This document shows, in pieces, positions 27,868 through 41,022 of a stretch of DNA of 64,000 nt. A program made the position numbers and the translations under genes. Location of the stretch: contig OZ024755.1 in NCBI GenBank assembly GCA_964016885.1, positions 38,626,001 through 38,690,000 on the forward strand, given 5' to 3'. This stretch comes from Eledone cirrhosa (lineage: Eukaryota). The notes below the pieces were generated by a model. The model made no database searches. It saw only the letters and a program-made list of their open reading frames with translations, and was not told where the DNA came from. Each line of letters starts with the position of its first letter. The stretch's first letter is position 1.

Positions 27868-28098
27868 TTGAGGTTGGTAATGGCACATGGAATATATAAG
27901 AGACAGAATACTTTTTTGTGAAAAAACATAATTTTATAAGGTAAGGAAATAATAAAGGGTATAAAAAATGACCGGTTTCGATGGGTCTGCAAAAGCCATC
28001 TTTTCAAATGTTGATTAATATTAAGAAAAATTAGTAATACGAAGAGTTAAAATTTGAGACTTGAAAATTCAAGTATAAAATTCATTGTGGGATTTCAT
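27865..28098 (-). mobile_element. Family N mini-element (hammerhead 27965-28012)
   Basis: Reverse complement of 10966-11205. Confidence 0.75.
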
Positions 28099-28480
28099 AG
28101 CAGTTTTCATCTAGGTAGCAACAACAGGTTGACTGCTGTGTCCCTTTCTGGTAGTGAATGAGAAGTTATTTGGGGTGTGGGTTATTTTATAAAGGTCAGA
28201 TTTAGCAATCGCCAGCTGCTGGTCAGTGAGGGGGTGGAAGCAATATACACACACATATCTTCCTGTGATGGGTAGGAGAGTGGAGCGTGATAGAAAAGGA
28301 TTTAGTGCACTTACACCTATATATACACACATACCTTCATCCACACATACATACATATACATATACATATATATATATATATATATATACATATACACAC
28401 ATACATACACACACACATACATATACATACACACATACACACACACACACACATATATATATACACATACACACACACAC

Positions 28481-28690
28481 ATTATTAATTTTTCTTAATA
28501 TTAATCAACATTTGAAAAGATGGCTTTTGCAGACCCATCGAAACCGGTCATTTTTTATACCCTTTATTATTTCCTTACCTTATAAAATTATGTTTTTTCA
28601 CAAAAAAGTATTCTGTCTCTTATATATTCCATGTGCCATTACCAACCTCAATTTTCTCTATAACCTTCGTTTTGTGTAGAAAATTACACT

Positions 28691-28697
<7 letters not shown>
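28481..28697 (+). mobile_element. Family N mini-element with tail (hammerhead 28507-28554)
   Basis: Inverted partner of 27865-28098; extra tail containing gtgtagaaaattacac. Confidence 0.75.
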
Positions 28698-28725
<28 letters not shown>

Positions 28726-29155
28726 TCCTCACATACACATAAATATACACACACATACATATACATGCACACATTCACACGTACATATATATATATATAT
28801 ATATACAGATCCTCACATACACATAAATATACACACACATACATATAAAAACACATACATACACATACACACACAAAAATTGCAAGAGTCTACCCTCAAA
28901 TTCCTGCAGAAGTACATTGTGTGAGGGGTTCCTACGTAACCCTTTAGGTCAGAAGGGTCAGCGTCAGGTGTGATGCAGTCCATGTCTGTGGCGTGGTCAA
29001 AAAGGTAAGCACACCACTGCAATCGTTAGGTAAATGAGTCCGTGTACTGTGCCATCCTACACTGGTAAGTGATGCTATCTGGTATTTGTATGTTCTGCAT
29101 CGAGTGCTGACATTGGAACTCTCACTAGTTTTCTTGGTACTTACTGAACCTTTTG

Positions 29156-29219
<64 letters not shown>

Positions 29220-29220
<1 letters not shown>

Positions 29221-29270
29221 GCTTCCTGATGATTTCTCCGGAATGAAACAGTTCTAGTCCTGTAGAAGCC
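29220..29270 (+). ncRNA. Isolated type I hammerhead (family F)
   Basis: ggcttc CTGATGA tttc tccg gaat GAAA cag ttctagtc ctg TA gaagcc, between TA tracts. Confidence 0.8.
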
Positions 29271-29336
29271 TTTATATATTAAATATATGTATACATATAT
29301 GCATATATATATATATATATGACCCTCCCAAAGTAT

Positions 29337-29377
<41 letters not shown>

Positions 29378-29384
<7 letters not shown>

Positions 29385-30660
29385 ATACTTTGGGAGGGTC
29401 ATGTTGCCAATGAGAAACACACGCAGCAGTTTGCTTTCACTTCAATTTATTATAAATTTCCGGTTGATTGGTTGGTTCCACAACTGGACGGTTGTTCATA
29501 TATTGTCAAAGTTCTTTCGTGACACATTCTGTGACCTCTTCCGTGACTAGGGATTCTTTTCTTTGTTTTGTGCCTCTCCTTTGTTCTGTCCTACACCATC
29601 TTGTTTTGTGTGTGTGTTGTATGCTTAGTTTGCGCATGTGTTACATCCGGGTGTCTGTGTGTGTTTTTATTTGTTTATTTATTTGTTTATTTACATGTTA
29701 CTAGTTAGTTGTTTGTTCTATGTGTGTGTGTTTTCATTTTGTCCTTAATTGTAAGTTGTGATGTTACTATTCCATTCATGTTTTCTATTTAATTTTGGTT
29801 GGAGTTCATTTATGTTTATTGCCTCTGTGATTTGTCTAAACAAATTGCGTCTTTTCTGTGTGTAGATTTTATTTTTATTTCTATGTTCTCTAATTTGCCC
29901 TTATGTTCTATTTTAGCATGTTGGTGGAGTACTGATGAGTCTTTTCTATTTTGGAGTTCTCGCCAGTGTTCATTTAATCGTTTTCCTATGCTACGAGCTG
30001 TCTCACCTATGTACACTACATTCTTATCTTTACATTGTCCCTCAGTACATCTTATGCTATATACTACATATTTAGTTTTACAGTTAATATGGGGGCTTAG
30101 TTTACAGATTATGCATTTCTTATCCATACAGGGAGGTCTTTGAAAAGGGTATGTATTACTAATTAGTGTTTTTATGGACGTACCTGGTCTTTCTATCTTA
30201 ATATTAATTTTATGTTTATCTAGGGCCCTTCTAAATTTGTAAGCTAGTTCACCTCTAGGGGTTGTATTGATGAACATTACATTCTGGTATTTATTACTAT
30301 CATACCATGAGTTTATTTTATTAACCTTATTCCTAGTTCTATCTATTCTATTCCAAAATTTGCTCCTATACAAGGGGCAGGTCCCATTTGTATCATTATT
30401 TACCATTTTTTCCCATTTGGTTCTGGCTCCTCTATATACTCTGAGTTTATCTCTCTGATTCTAACCAGAGAACTGCATACGGTGGATGAAGTGTTGTATG
30501 TGTCTCTCTAGTTCTTTGGGGTTACACATGCGGGACACGTTCATCATCACCCTTACTAAATCCGCAATCAATATGTTGATTTTGGTGTGGTCCGAAACAG
30601 CTGAGTTTCGGTGGATCAGGTATTTGGAAGTCATGGGTTTGACATAATGGGAATGGAGGA
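29378..30660 (-). pseudogene. PLE (second lineage) 3' half: RT thumb, GIY-YIG (ORF 29816..30406) and 3' UTR with hammerhead near 29504-29547
   Basis: HSHYVKPMTSKYLIHRNSA..; PLYRSK; YVVYSIRC..VYIGETARSIGKRLNEH..SVLHQHAKIEH. Confidence 0.88.
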
Positions 30661-30699
30661 TTTGTTTTTTGTTATTAATGTTTTTTGTTATTAATTCAA

Positions 30700-32640
30700 C
30701 AACAACAACAACACAAATATATACGGCAACACTACAGTGGACTCTGATGAATTGTCCATCCTACAGCTACCACCTAAATATACCACATATAATAAGGTAT
30801 ATATGATAAGATGCTTGTCAGAAATAGAAAAATCATTTACAAAATTACGTTGGAGCCTCAAAAACACAAACAAAAATAACACGAACAACACACGCACACA
30901 CATACACACACACAACACATCCCAACAACACACACAACAATAATAACAACATACACAGAGACAAGAGCAATAACAACAACAACAACAACACACATCAACA
31001 AAAACAACACACATATCCTATGCCTCCCACCCCCACCACAATCTTAACAGACACACAGACACAGAAAACAAATGACAGTCACACAGAGGTGAGAGAGGTA
31101 GAAAGACTAATGACAGGAGAAATAACCAGGACGAACACACAGACACACAAAATAGATTAGATAATAACAATGAGTCAAAGGGAAGAGACAGGAGTAACAA
31201 TGAGAGACATAGAAGCAGCCGTGAGGCTGCTGGTAGAAATAGAAACAACAACACAACTAATAATAGCAATAGAACACACAACACAACCTGTAATTCCACT
31301 TTCTATGACCCTTCCGATATGTCCTACGACTTCGTCGAGTTCACGCCACGATTTTAGCTTTTAACAAACGCACGCAATTACCGTCGCAGGTCGATGAACA
31401 AACAGAAGAAAAATTTAATATAGCTAGATCTAAACTTAGAAATATTATAGAACAGAAAGAAAGAAAATAGAATGGAGGCCCAGCAACTGGGAGAAAAATC
31501 CGCAAATGGCTTGCGTAAGCTCATGCAGCGCTCACGTAATGGAGAGATTGCATGCTTTCCAATAGACAAGTCTGGCAGAATGTCGGTTGAGAGTCTGTCA
31601 AACTACATCCAAGCAATGCAACCCCACATCATTAACACAAGAGAAGTAACACCACAATAGCATGAGGATAGGGAGAAAACCTTCAACGCTCATATGATGA
31701 TGTGGACAAACATAATGCAGCCAATAAACGGACTGCCAACAACTTACAGGCCTGGAACAATGACGTGCCAGCGTTGTATGGGAAAAGACCATAAGACGAA
31801 CAGTGACCCAGTCACAGGGCCACCAACACGGCCAGTCTGTGGAACTAACATTGCTAGCAACGACAGACTTTCCTACTTCCTCTCCCTGATCGTACGCCCC
31901 ATCATTGAAATGTCCCCGGATATATGTGACAGCACGAAGGACCTCCTCAGCCGAATCAGCTAAAATAACCTGTCTAGGGACCTAACAGACTGTATAATAG
32001 GTAGTATTGATGTAGTGTCCCTATATCCATCCATTGACGTGGATTTTGCTGTGGAGAAATGCGTGGAAATGATCAGTGAGAGCAATGTTGAATTCCGTGG
32101 GATTGATACCAGTGAGATGGGACTCCTACTTAAACTCACATATAATAATGATTACCTATGATACGTATGACCTTAGCAACCTCTTCCCCACAAGGCCAGC
32201 AAGAGGCAGACACCTACCATTACTTCATTGGCCAAGAAAACCCACACAGAAAGATGGAACGGGTGGACTAGAGCCATACGGGCCCCCGAAAACCATGATG
32301 AACTAAAGAAAATGATTGTACATGCTGTGTGGGCCAGTATAAAACTAACCCTTAAGGAACATATGTTCAAATTTAATGGAAAAACATATGCCCAAGAGGA
32401 GAGAGCAGCCATTGGCGTTAGCATTGCAGGTGACATAGCTAACCTATTTATGGTTTTGGTGGGGCAAAAAACTTAAAGAACAATTAGAAGACAACAATCT
32501 CTTAACCCTGATTATGTACTCCCGCTACGCTGATGATATAAACATCGTAGTAAAAACACCCCTACTACAGAACAGCCAGGAATTAGAGAAAAACACCATG
32601 GAAAGCATCCAGCAAATAGCTAACTCCATCCGCCAGAGTG
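30700..32640 (+). pseudogene. PLE (second lineage) 5' half with RT core, inverted relative to its 3' half
   Basis: LQLPPKY, FPIDKSGRM, GKDHK..GPPTRPVCG, GSIDVVSLYPSID, YAQEERAAIG, YSRYADDI; stops and frameshifts. Confidence 0.88.
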
Positions 32641-32673
32641 CATACTTACATTTATATATATATATATATATGC

Positions 32674-32865
32674 AATATAGAAATGGCTTCTACAGGACTA
32701 GAACTGTTTCATTCAGAGGAAATCACCAGGAAGCCCTGATGATTTCCTCCGAATGTAACAGTTCTAGTCCTGTAGAAGCCATTTCTATATTAGATATTTA
32801 TACTCTGCTATGTATTGAGTACGTTACTTACTGTGTCTACCCTCGATTGAACCTGGGATAAACAT
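32674..32865. mobile_element. Family F head-to-head hammerhead pair with tail on the right arm
   Basis: HHR at 32685-32735 (-) fused to HHR at 32736-32780 (+); each has one core mutation. Confidence 0.78.
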
Positions 32866-32882
32866 ATATACATATATATATA

Positions 32883-32958
<76 letters not shown>

Positions 32959-33035
32959 TGCATATATATATGTATAAATATATAGTGAAAGAGTTAAGAA
33001 TAACATGGTCGGCTGTACAAAAACGGTTTATTTAC

Positions 33036-33148
33036 AGTATTAACAATTGTTTCATTAATCAGGTGAGTCTAAAGGCCGCGGATCGCTAGAAATTTCGTCA
33101 CTCGACCTTAATTACAGTGTGTGTCTCTGATCAAATCATCGGAATACT
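33036..33148 (-). ncRNA. Hammerhead-like motif with long loop II
   Basis: RC agtatt CCGATGA tttgatcag..ctgattaat GAAA caattg TT aatact. Confidence 0.65.
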
Positions 33149-33296
33149 ACAAGAACCACCTGCGTGAGGATTCTCTTCAACTCGCCACCTAACTAAGGAA
33201 ACTTCTTGTTGAGTCAAACAACGCCATACGTTAAAACTAATCTCAACACAGAGTACTCACAACCTCTAACTGGATAACCTAAAAGGATAACTTGTT

Positions 33297-34280
<984 letters not shown>

Positions 34281-34409
34281 TTTTATATAATTCTGATTAA
34301 TGATTATTTCAATTCAATTATTATTCAATTCATTCATTCATAGACCCTCATCTTTGAAGGTGGGCTACACTCATATATGCTTATGTTTAAATATACATGT
34401 GTTTCCTCT

Positions 34410-34461
<52 letters not shown>

Positions 34462-34939
34462 AGAATATTTTCGAAACAGTGAGTTGGTTTGAAATTATTA
34501 GAAATGTAAGCTATCGCCGTATTTTGACTAAAGAAATTAAAGAAATTATTTAGCCTGATAGTGGGGTTAAGAACCCTCGGAGCAATGGAAAAAGATGAGT
34601 ATTGACGTACACGTCAATACTCATCTTTTTCCATTTCTCCGAGGGTTCTTAACCCCACTATCAGGCTAAATAATTTCTTTAATTTCTTTAGTCAAAATAC
34701 GGCGATAGCATATATATATATATTTATTAAAATAACAGATTAAAGTTTAAGCAAAGAATCGCTGCTTTCGCCCTTAACGGGATCTTCTGAAGATCCCGTT
34801 AAGGGTGAAAGCAGCGATTCTTTGCTTAAACTTTAATCTGTTATTTTAATAAATATTTTCTCTACGGTTCTTATATATTTGATATATATTTATCCTTATC
34901 TAGCCCTCTTTGGATTTTAGTCTTCAAATTTATTATTAT

Positions 34940-35013
<74 letters not shown>

Positions 35014-35142
35014 AAAGGAAACACATGTATATTTAAACATAAGCATATATGAGTGTAGCCCACCTTCAAAGATGAGGGTCTATGAATGAATGAATTGAAT
35101 CATAATTGAATTGAAATAATCATTAATCAGAATTATATAAAA
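34281..35142. repeat. Nested inverted repeats: outer 34281-34412/35011-35142; inner palindromes 34510-34709 and 34721-34855
   Basis: Reverse-complement matches read directly; the inner palindromes have 1-2 nt loops and one mismatch each. Confidence 0.9.
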
Positions 35143-35221
35143 TTATAAAAGTTTGAAGAACAGACATAAAATTTACCTAATTCTTCTCCTTAGTCCAGAG
35201 AAATTAACTAAATAAATAATC

Positions 35222-35405
35222 AATAATTGTTTCTACTTTTGGCACAAGGCCAGCAATTACCCAGTGCATTACTGGTACTTTATTTTATCGACCTCGTAAG
35301 GATGAAAGGCAAAGTTGATCTCGACGGGATTTGAACTCAGAATGGCAAGGGCCGTAACTCTATACGTCAAAGCATGGCGTCCGACCCTCTACCGATACTG
35401 CCAAT
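35222..35405 (-). mobile_element. SINE S1
   Basis: Near-full match. Confidence 0.9.
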
Positions 35406-35439
35406 CAATAATGAGGAGCCGTTGAGGAAATAACAGCAC

Positions 35440-36800
35440 ACGCTGGATTCTAAAACCTTTACACCTTATCATAAACCTAATGAAAAACTGTTTTACATTG
35501 ATAGCAATTCTAACCACACTAGATCTGTCTTAAATTCTATTATTAAAGGTGTATCTAATAGAATTAGTAATTTATCCTATAATGAAGCTATCTTTAACCA
35601 AAATTATTATAATAAAGCTTTATCACGTTCTGGCTATAAAAAAAAAAATTAAATTTATGCCTAAAAACTCTTTTGCTTGCTATAATAAATAACCTAATAT
35701 TATTTCACATAATATGGCTATGAAAAATCCTAGAAATATACAAACTAAAAAGATAATAATATTATTAACGGAAACACTGGATTAAATAATGACAGGCACC
35801 CTTTTACAGTTCCTCCCAGAACTAATGGCTATTTTCTCTATAATAAACATCTTAAAGATAAGAAAAATATTGTGAATAAAAAGCAGAGTAATAACACTAA
35901 ACCTAACATCTGTAATACTAAACATAATACTGAAGGTAATAATCATAATAATTTAAATCCTAATCACTTTAAAGATACAATTATTAGTAACAAAAATATA
36001 AAGAATAAAAGAAGTCTTAATTAATATTTTAATCCACCTTTCAACTTAAATGTTTCTACAAATATACCTAGAGTATTCTACTCTATTATTGAAAATAATA
36101 TCCCATTTAATCACAAATACCATAATTTAATTAATAAAAACACCATTAAAATCTCTTACTCTACCACACCTAACATTGCTAATCACATAGCAAGTAGTAA
36201 TAACAAGAAAATAAATAAATATTTTACTTCTTATAACTTCTCATAACAATTCACAACCAGTAGGAACGCTTAACAATATTGTACCTAATTATTTTAGTAA
36301 CCACTCTCAGAATACATTACTATCTAGGACTTATAGGAATATTAATAGTAATTCTAGTAACTCATATATCTAACTCTAATGACTCTTCACATCTTTACCC
36401 TCAAATCACTAGTTATAATTGTAATTGTAGACCTAATAATGTTTGCCCCCTTAATGGAAACTGCCTTGTTAAGAGTATTATTTATTCCTGCACTGTCATA
36501 ACTTCCACCAACTCCAAAACCTATATCCGTTCTACATCGAATAGTTTCAAAACGAGGTATAATTCCCGTCTTCATACTTTCAAGAACTCTAACCTTAAGC
36601 ATGCAACCTCTTTATCTAATTTCATATCATTTCTGAAGAGTAATAATACTCCTTACACCCTGACCTGGAATGTGATTGCTAAACCTCCCAATAAATTTTG
36701 TAACTTTTGCCTTCTTGAGTCTCATACTATTATTTATTCTAAACTAAATTTATTAAATAGGAAATCTGAATTTGTTTCCCACTTGTCCTCATATTATTCA
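35440..36800 (+). pseudogene. PLE, RT C-terminus + GIY-YIG, decayed
   Basis: PYHKPNEKLFYIDSNSNH; FNPPFNLNVSTN; NCNCRPNNVCPLNGNCLVKSIIYSC..TYIRSTSNSFKTRYN; CNFCLLE. Confidence 0.88.
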
Positions 36801-37428
36801 CCATTCTTTTCACTACTTTAGTCATTTACTATTTATTATAACCACCCCTTCACATTTAGGCAACTTAATATTACATTGTTTCCAAAGAAGCCCACTTATA
36901 TTTATTTTTGCTAATATTATATATAATAACCATTGCCTCACACTTTATTTTCGATACTTGTATAATTAACTAGTATAATTCTTTATCCTTTAATATTGCT
37001 TAACATTTTAAGTATATATAATTAATTTTTTAAATAATACATAACATTTTAGCATACATAGATAAACAACAGTAAGTGATTAAATGATTTAAACACTCTT
37101 TGATTGTCATCTACATTGTATTTCGACTCTGTAGTATACTTGTTATTTTACATTGAGCTATTTTCATACTTGTAATTGGGTAATATTTATTATTACATAC
37201 ATTATATATAAATTTATATATAGCTGTAATTATATATAAGGAATAGATTAATTTAACACTTGAAATAACAGAAAGAGGATCTTACAATTTAGGACGCTAG
37301 TCCTTCATCAGAACAAAGTATGAAAAGTTAGATAGATTGAAGGGTGGTCAAGGCGGAATCGGAAAAAAAGTTTTAGAGAAAAATTACAAATCTATTCATG
37401 TTGCCATCTCTTTGAAAACCTGACTTAT

Positions 37429-37519
<91 letters not shown>

Positions 37520-38356
37520 AGAAGAAGTTAGTAAGCCCATGGGTACTAAGTACCCCTAGAAATACAGAAATACATAGGTTGTCTATGATTTAAGGTTGTT
37601 CTATGGTATCAATTTGACATACCAGAACTATAATATTAATATAAGCAGAACAAGCAAAATTCAACCAATTTTTTAAAATAAATTAAAAAATATAATTTAA
37701 ATATTTACCTATTCATATGGCTCTTACCGATCGGTTTCGCCTTGTAAAACACCAGAGACCCAATGGATTTCTAACCGATCGGTTAAGAGCCATATGAATA
37801 GGTAAATATTTAAATTATATTTTTTAATTCAACCAATTTTAAAAAATTGGTTGAATTTTGCTTGTTCTGCTTATATTAATATTATAGTTCTGGTATGTTA
37901 AATTGATACCATAGAACAACCTTAAATCATAGACAACCTATGTATTTCCAGGGGTACTTAGTACCCACGGGCTTACTAACTTCTTCTATCACCCTCCATT
38001 TGTTGAGAACAATCATGTTGTTTCTATTTAGCTGCTATTTTTAGTAACGAGATAGACAACACGTCTATGTTTTTCCCGCTTTCACCTCGGGTAGTTCACG
38101 TACAGGTCATTTTTCGGCCTTTTGGATCTGTGCTAGCTGGCAGATAACAATATATTTTATCGTTCCTGGGTCTTTAGCCCTAGGAAGGGAAAATGCTTCT
38201 CTGATGAGCCTTGATTTTCAATTAGAAATCCATTGGGTTTCTGGTGTTTTACAAGGCGAAACCGATCGGTAAGAGCCATATGAATAGGTAAATATTTAAA
38301 TTATATTTTTTAATTTATTTTAAAAAATTGGTTGAATTTTGCTTGTTCTGCTTATA

Positions 38357-38362
<6 letters not shown>
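37520..38362. mobile_element. Family K non-coding element: palindrome 37520-37987 plus a direct HHR-to-HHR unit
   Basis: Inverted arms of ~215 bp; aaccgatcggt(t)aagagccatatgaatagg recurs in direct orientation at 37773 and 38260. Confidence 0.8.
38195..38276 (+). ncRNA. Canonical type I hammerhead (family K)
   Basis: gcttct CTGATGA gccttg..caaggc GAAA ccgatcgg TA agagc. Confidence 0.9.
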
Positions 38363-38423
<61 letters not shown>

Positions 38424-38509
38424 GGAGATAGTATAAAGTTTATTTGCGTGTATGGAGGTGGTGAGGGTATGTTTCTCGTTGGTGCAGCAGTGGGTGGTGG
38501 TATTTTATG

Positions 38510-38704
38510 TCTTCGGTGAATTGGCAGTATCGGTACAGGGTCGGACAAGCTTTCCAGCATAGTTACGTCCCTTTACGATCTGAGTTCAAATCCCGCTGAG
38601 GTTAACTTTGCCTTTCATCCATACAGAGGTCGATAAAATAAAGTACCAGTAATACACTGGAATAATTGCTGGCCTTGTGCCAAAAGTAGAAACAATTATT
38701 ATTA
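38510..38704 (+). mobile_element. SINE S1
   Basis: A/B boxes, body and att tail. Confidence 0.88.
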
Positions 38705-38967
38705 TTTGCTAGGTGAGGAGGAAGGGTCTGTATCTGTGACATTTGTATGACCTCTGAGATTGAAGCTGTTGGTGTTAAGTTTAGTCAACTCCTACATGAA
38801 AGACATGTGCAGACAAAGAATTCCAGGGGAATCACGTTCTGGGCGGAGGGAATGTGTATAGGTTCATCGTGGCTATTGCTGGGTCTGAGGAGATGGACAC
38901 TATATGTATGACGAGAGACAAATGAGGCAGGAGTGCCTGAATGAAAATGTTGTGAGTATACATCATT

Positions 38968-39006
<39 letters not shown>

Positions 39007-39521
39007 TAATGAGGCGTGTCTGTCAAGTATTGTCAGAGCTTTCTAAATGTGTCCTTTTCAGGTATTATCGGGGCTCTCTAATTCTGTCCTATCCAGGTAT
39101 CATCAGAACTCTCTAATTGTGCAATGTTCAGGTGTTGCCAGGGCTCTCTAATTGTGTGCTAATTTAAGGGCTATGGGCTACACACATGTTTCAGTCAGAT
39201 ACAATCAATAAAGCAAATGAACAATAAATCAGATCTTTCACTGATTGCAGTCATATAAGACATGGCCTTAAAAGTTTAGACGATGCTAGGAATTATTCCA
39301 ATCAATTACTTATCATCGATCTTTATTTTTCTGAAGTACTACGTTGCAGGCAGCAGAAATGCAAGAAAACACACACTCACAGATACACACACAGAGACAC
39401 ACTCACACATACACACGCACACACACACATATACACACAAAGAACATAAATGTGTTTCAAATAATCTACTTAGGCAGAGTTGCAATTATTAAGAAATTGT
39501 CCACTGATTGAGTCATCTTTT

Positions 39522-39550
39522 CCCCGAGCAACGTCGGGTACTACTGCTAG
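39522..39550 (+). mobile_element. Helitron-like 3' terminus
   Basis: ccccgagcaacgtcggg hairpin + CTAG|T, same as 23565-23594; 5' end not located. Confidence 0.6.
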
Positions 39551-39675
39551 TTTAATATATTGGCTCAATTTAATCCGAAATAAATATATTATAGAGAAAC
39601 AACTTGAGAAAAATATGTCAAAAATGTAATCCTACTAATATAAATTGACTTTTATTTACGATGAAATTGCTAAAG

Positions 39676-40108
39676 AAATAATGGTTTCTTATAAAGGCAC
39701 AAGGCCAGCAATTTTGGGGTGAGGGAAAAGTCAATGAAATTGACCCCAGTGCGTGACTGGTACTTTATTTTATCGACCCCGTAAGGATGAAAGGCAAAGT
39801 TAACCTCGGCGGGATTTGAACTCAGATCATAAAGGGCCGTAACTCTATGCAGCAAAGCATGGCGTTCGACCCTCTACCGATACTGCCAATCCACCGCCCT
39901 CAAATTGCTAAAAAATAATTGTTTCTACTTTAGGCACAAGGCCAGCAATTACCCAGTGCATTACTGGTACTTTATTTTATCGACCCCGTAAGGATGAAAG
40001 GCAAAGTTAACCTCGGCGGGATTTGAACTCAGATCATAAAGGGCCGTAACTCTATGCGGCAAAGCATGGCGTCCGACCCTCTACCGATACTGCCAATCCA
40101 CCGCCCTC
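39676..40108 (-). mobile_element. Two tandem full-length SINE S1 copies (long and short 3' variants)
   Basis: 39676-39900 and 39914-40108, separated and flanked by aaattgctaaa(g/a)aaataat. Confidence 0.9.
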
Positions 40109-40336
40109 AAATTGCTAAAAAAATAATAATCACTTTTTAGTGATCCAAGAAGTTGAAATACAAGCGTGAACACAGTGAGTGTATGGAACGTCAAAGTATT
40201 TTCTAAGAGCAAAAATATACAATATTCGCTGTCCTGGCATTCGCGGTTCTGGTTATTCGCTGATTTTTTCGCGGAAGCCACCGCATATTCATGGAATCAT
40301 AAATATCTTCCGCGTTTTTTATGGCTTTTTTCGTGG

Positions 40337-40386
<50 letters not shown>

Positions 40387-40575
40387 AGGAATGTTCTAAT
40401 AACTGACCAATGAGAGGAGAAGGGGACCTTTGACACTGAAATTCGTTTGTTTGAATTCATATGACTCCAGTTCCTCAGTGAAATAACAATCCAACAAGGA
40501 ACTGGGCATATCAGAGTATTGACAATATTATACACCTAAACAACATATGTACTTGCCTATACCATACTAATTCAA

Positions 40576-40630
40576 ACTGCCTGAAGAGGTCACAGCCAAA
40601 GATGGCTGTCACTGAAATATATATAGCAGT
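40576..40630 (+). ncRNA. Type I hammerhead (family C; element ~40455-40775 with tail)
   Basis: actgc CTGAAGA stem II GAAA tatata TA gcagt. Confidence 0.82.
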
Positions 40631-40951
40631 AATAAATGAAGCTAAATTTTAATCATTTGACTTTTATTTAACATTATTTTACACTACTCCGGAGTAACCA
40701 AACCAACCTGCGCACTTCGTCGAGTGCTCCAGCCTGCATACTGAGGTGTTGGTATACAACCAACATAAACTCAATATATATATATATAAAATATTAAACA
40801 TTAAATGTTTAATATTTTATCTTGACTCTGTATACCGTTTATCTTTCACCGAAAGTGATTTTTCATTACATCTCTTCTTTCCATGATATCCGGAATACAT
40901 TGAGTTCTTCATACGGATTGGACACTACCGTAAACTCTTGGTAGATTTATC

Positions 40952-41022
<71 letters not shown>

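Noticed and set aside
37279-37314. Hammerhead (RC ctgatga aggac tagc gtcct)
   Set aside because: GAAA is lost; probably a decayed copy, so not listed as a feature (similar cases near 7120, 8460 and 26040)
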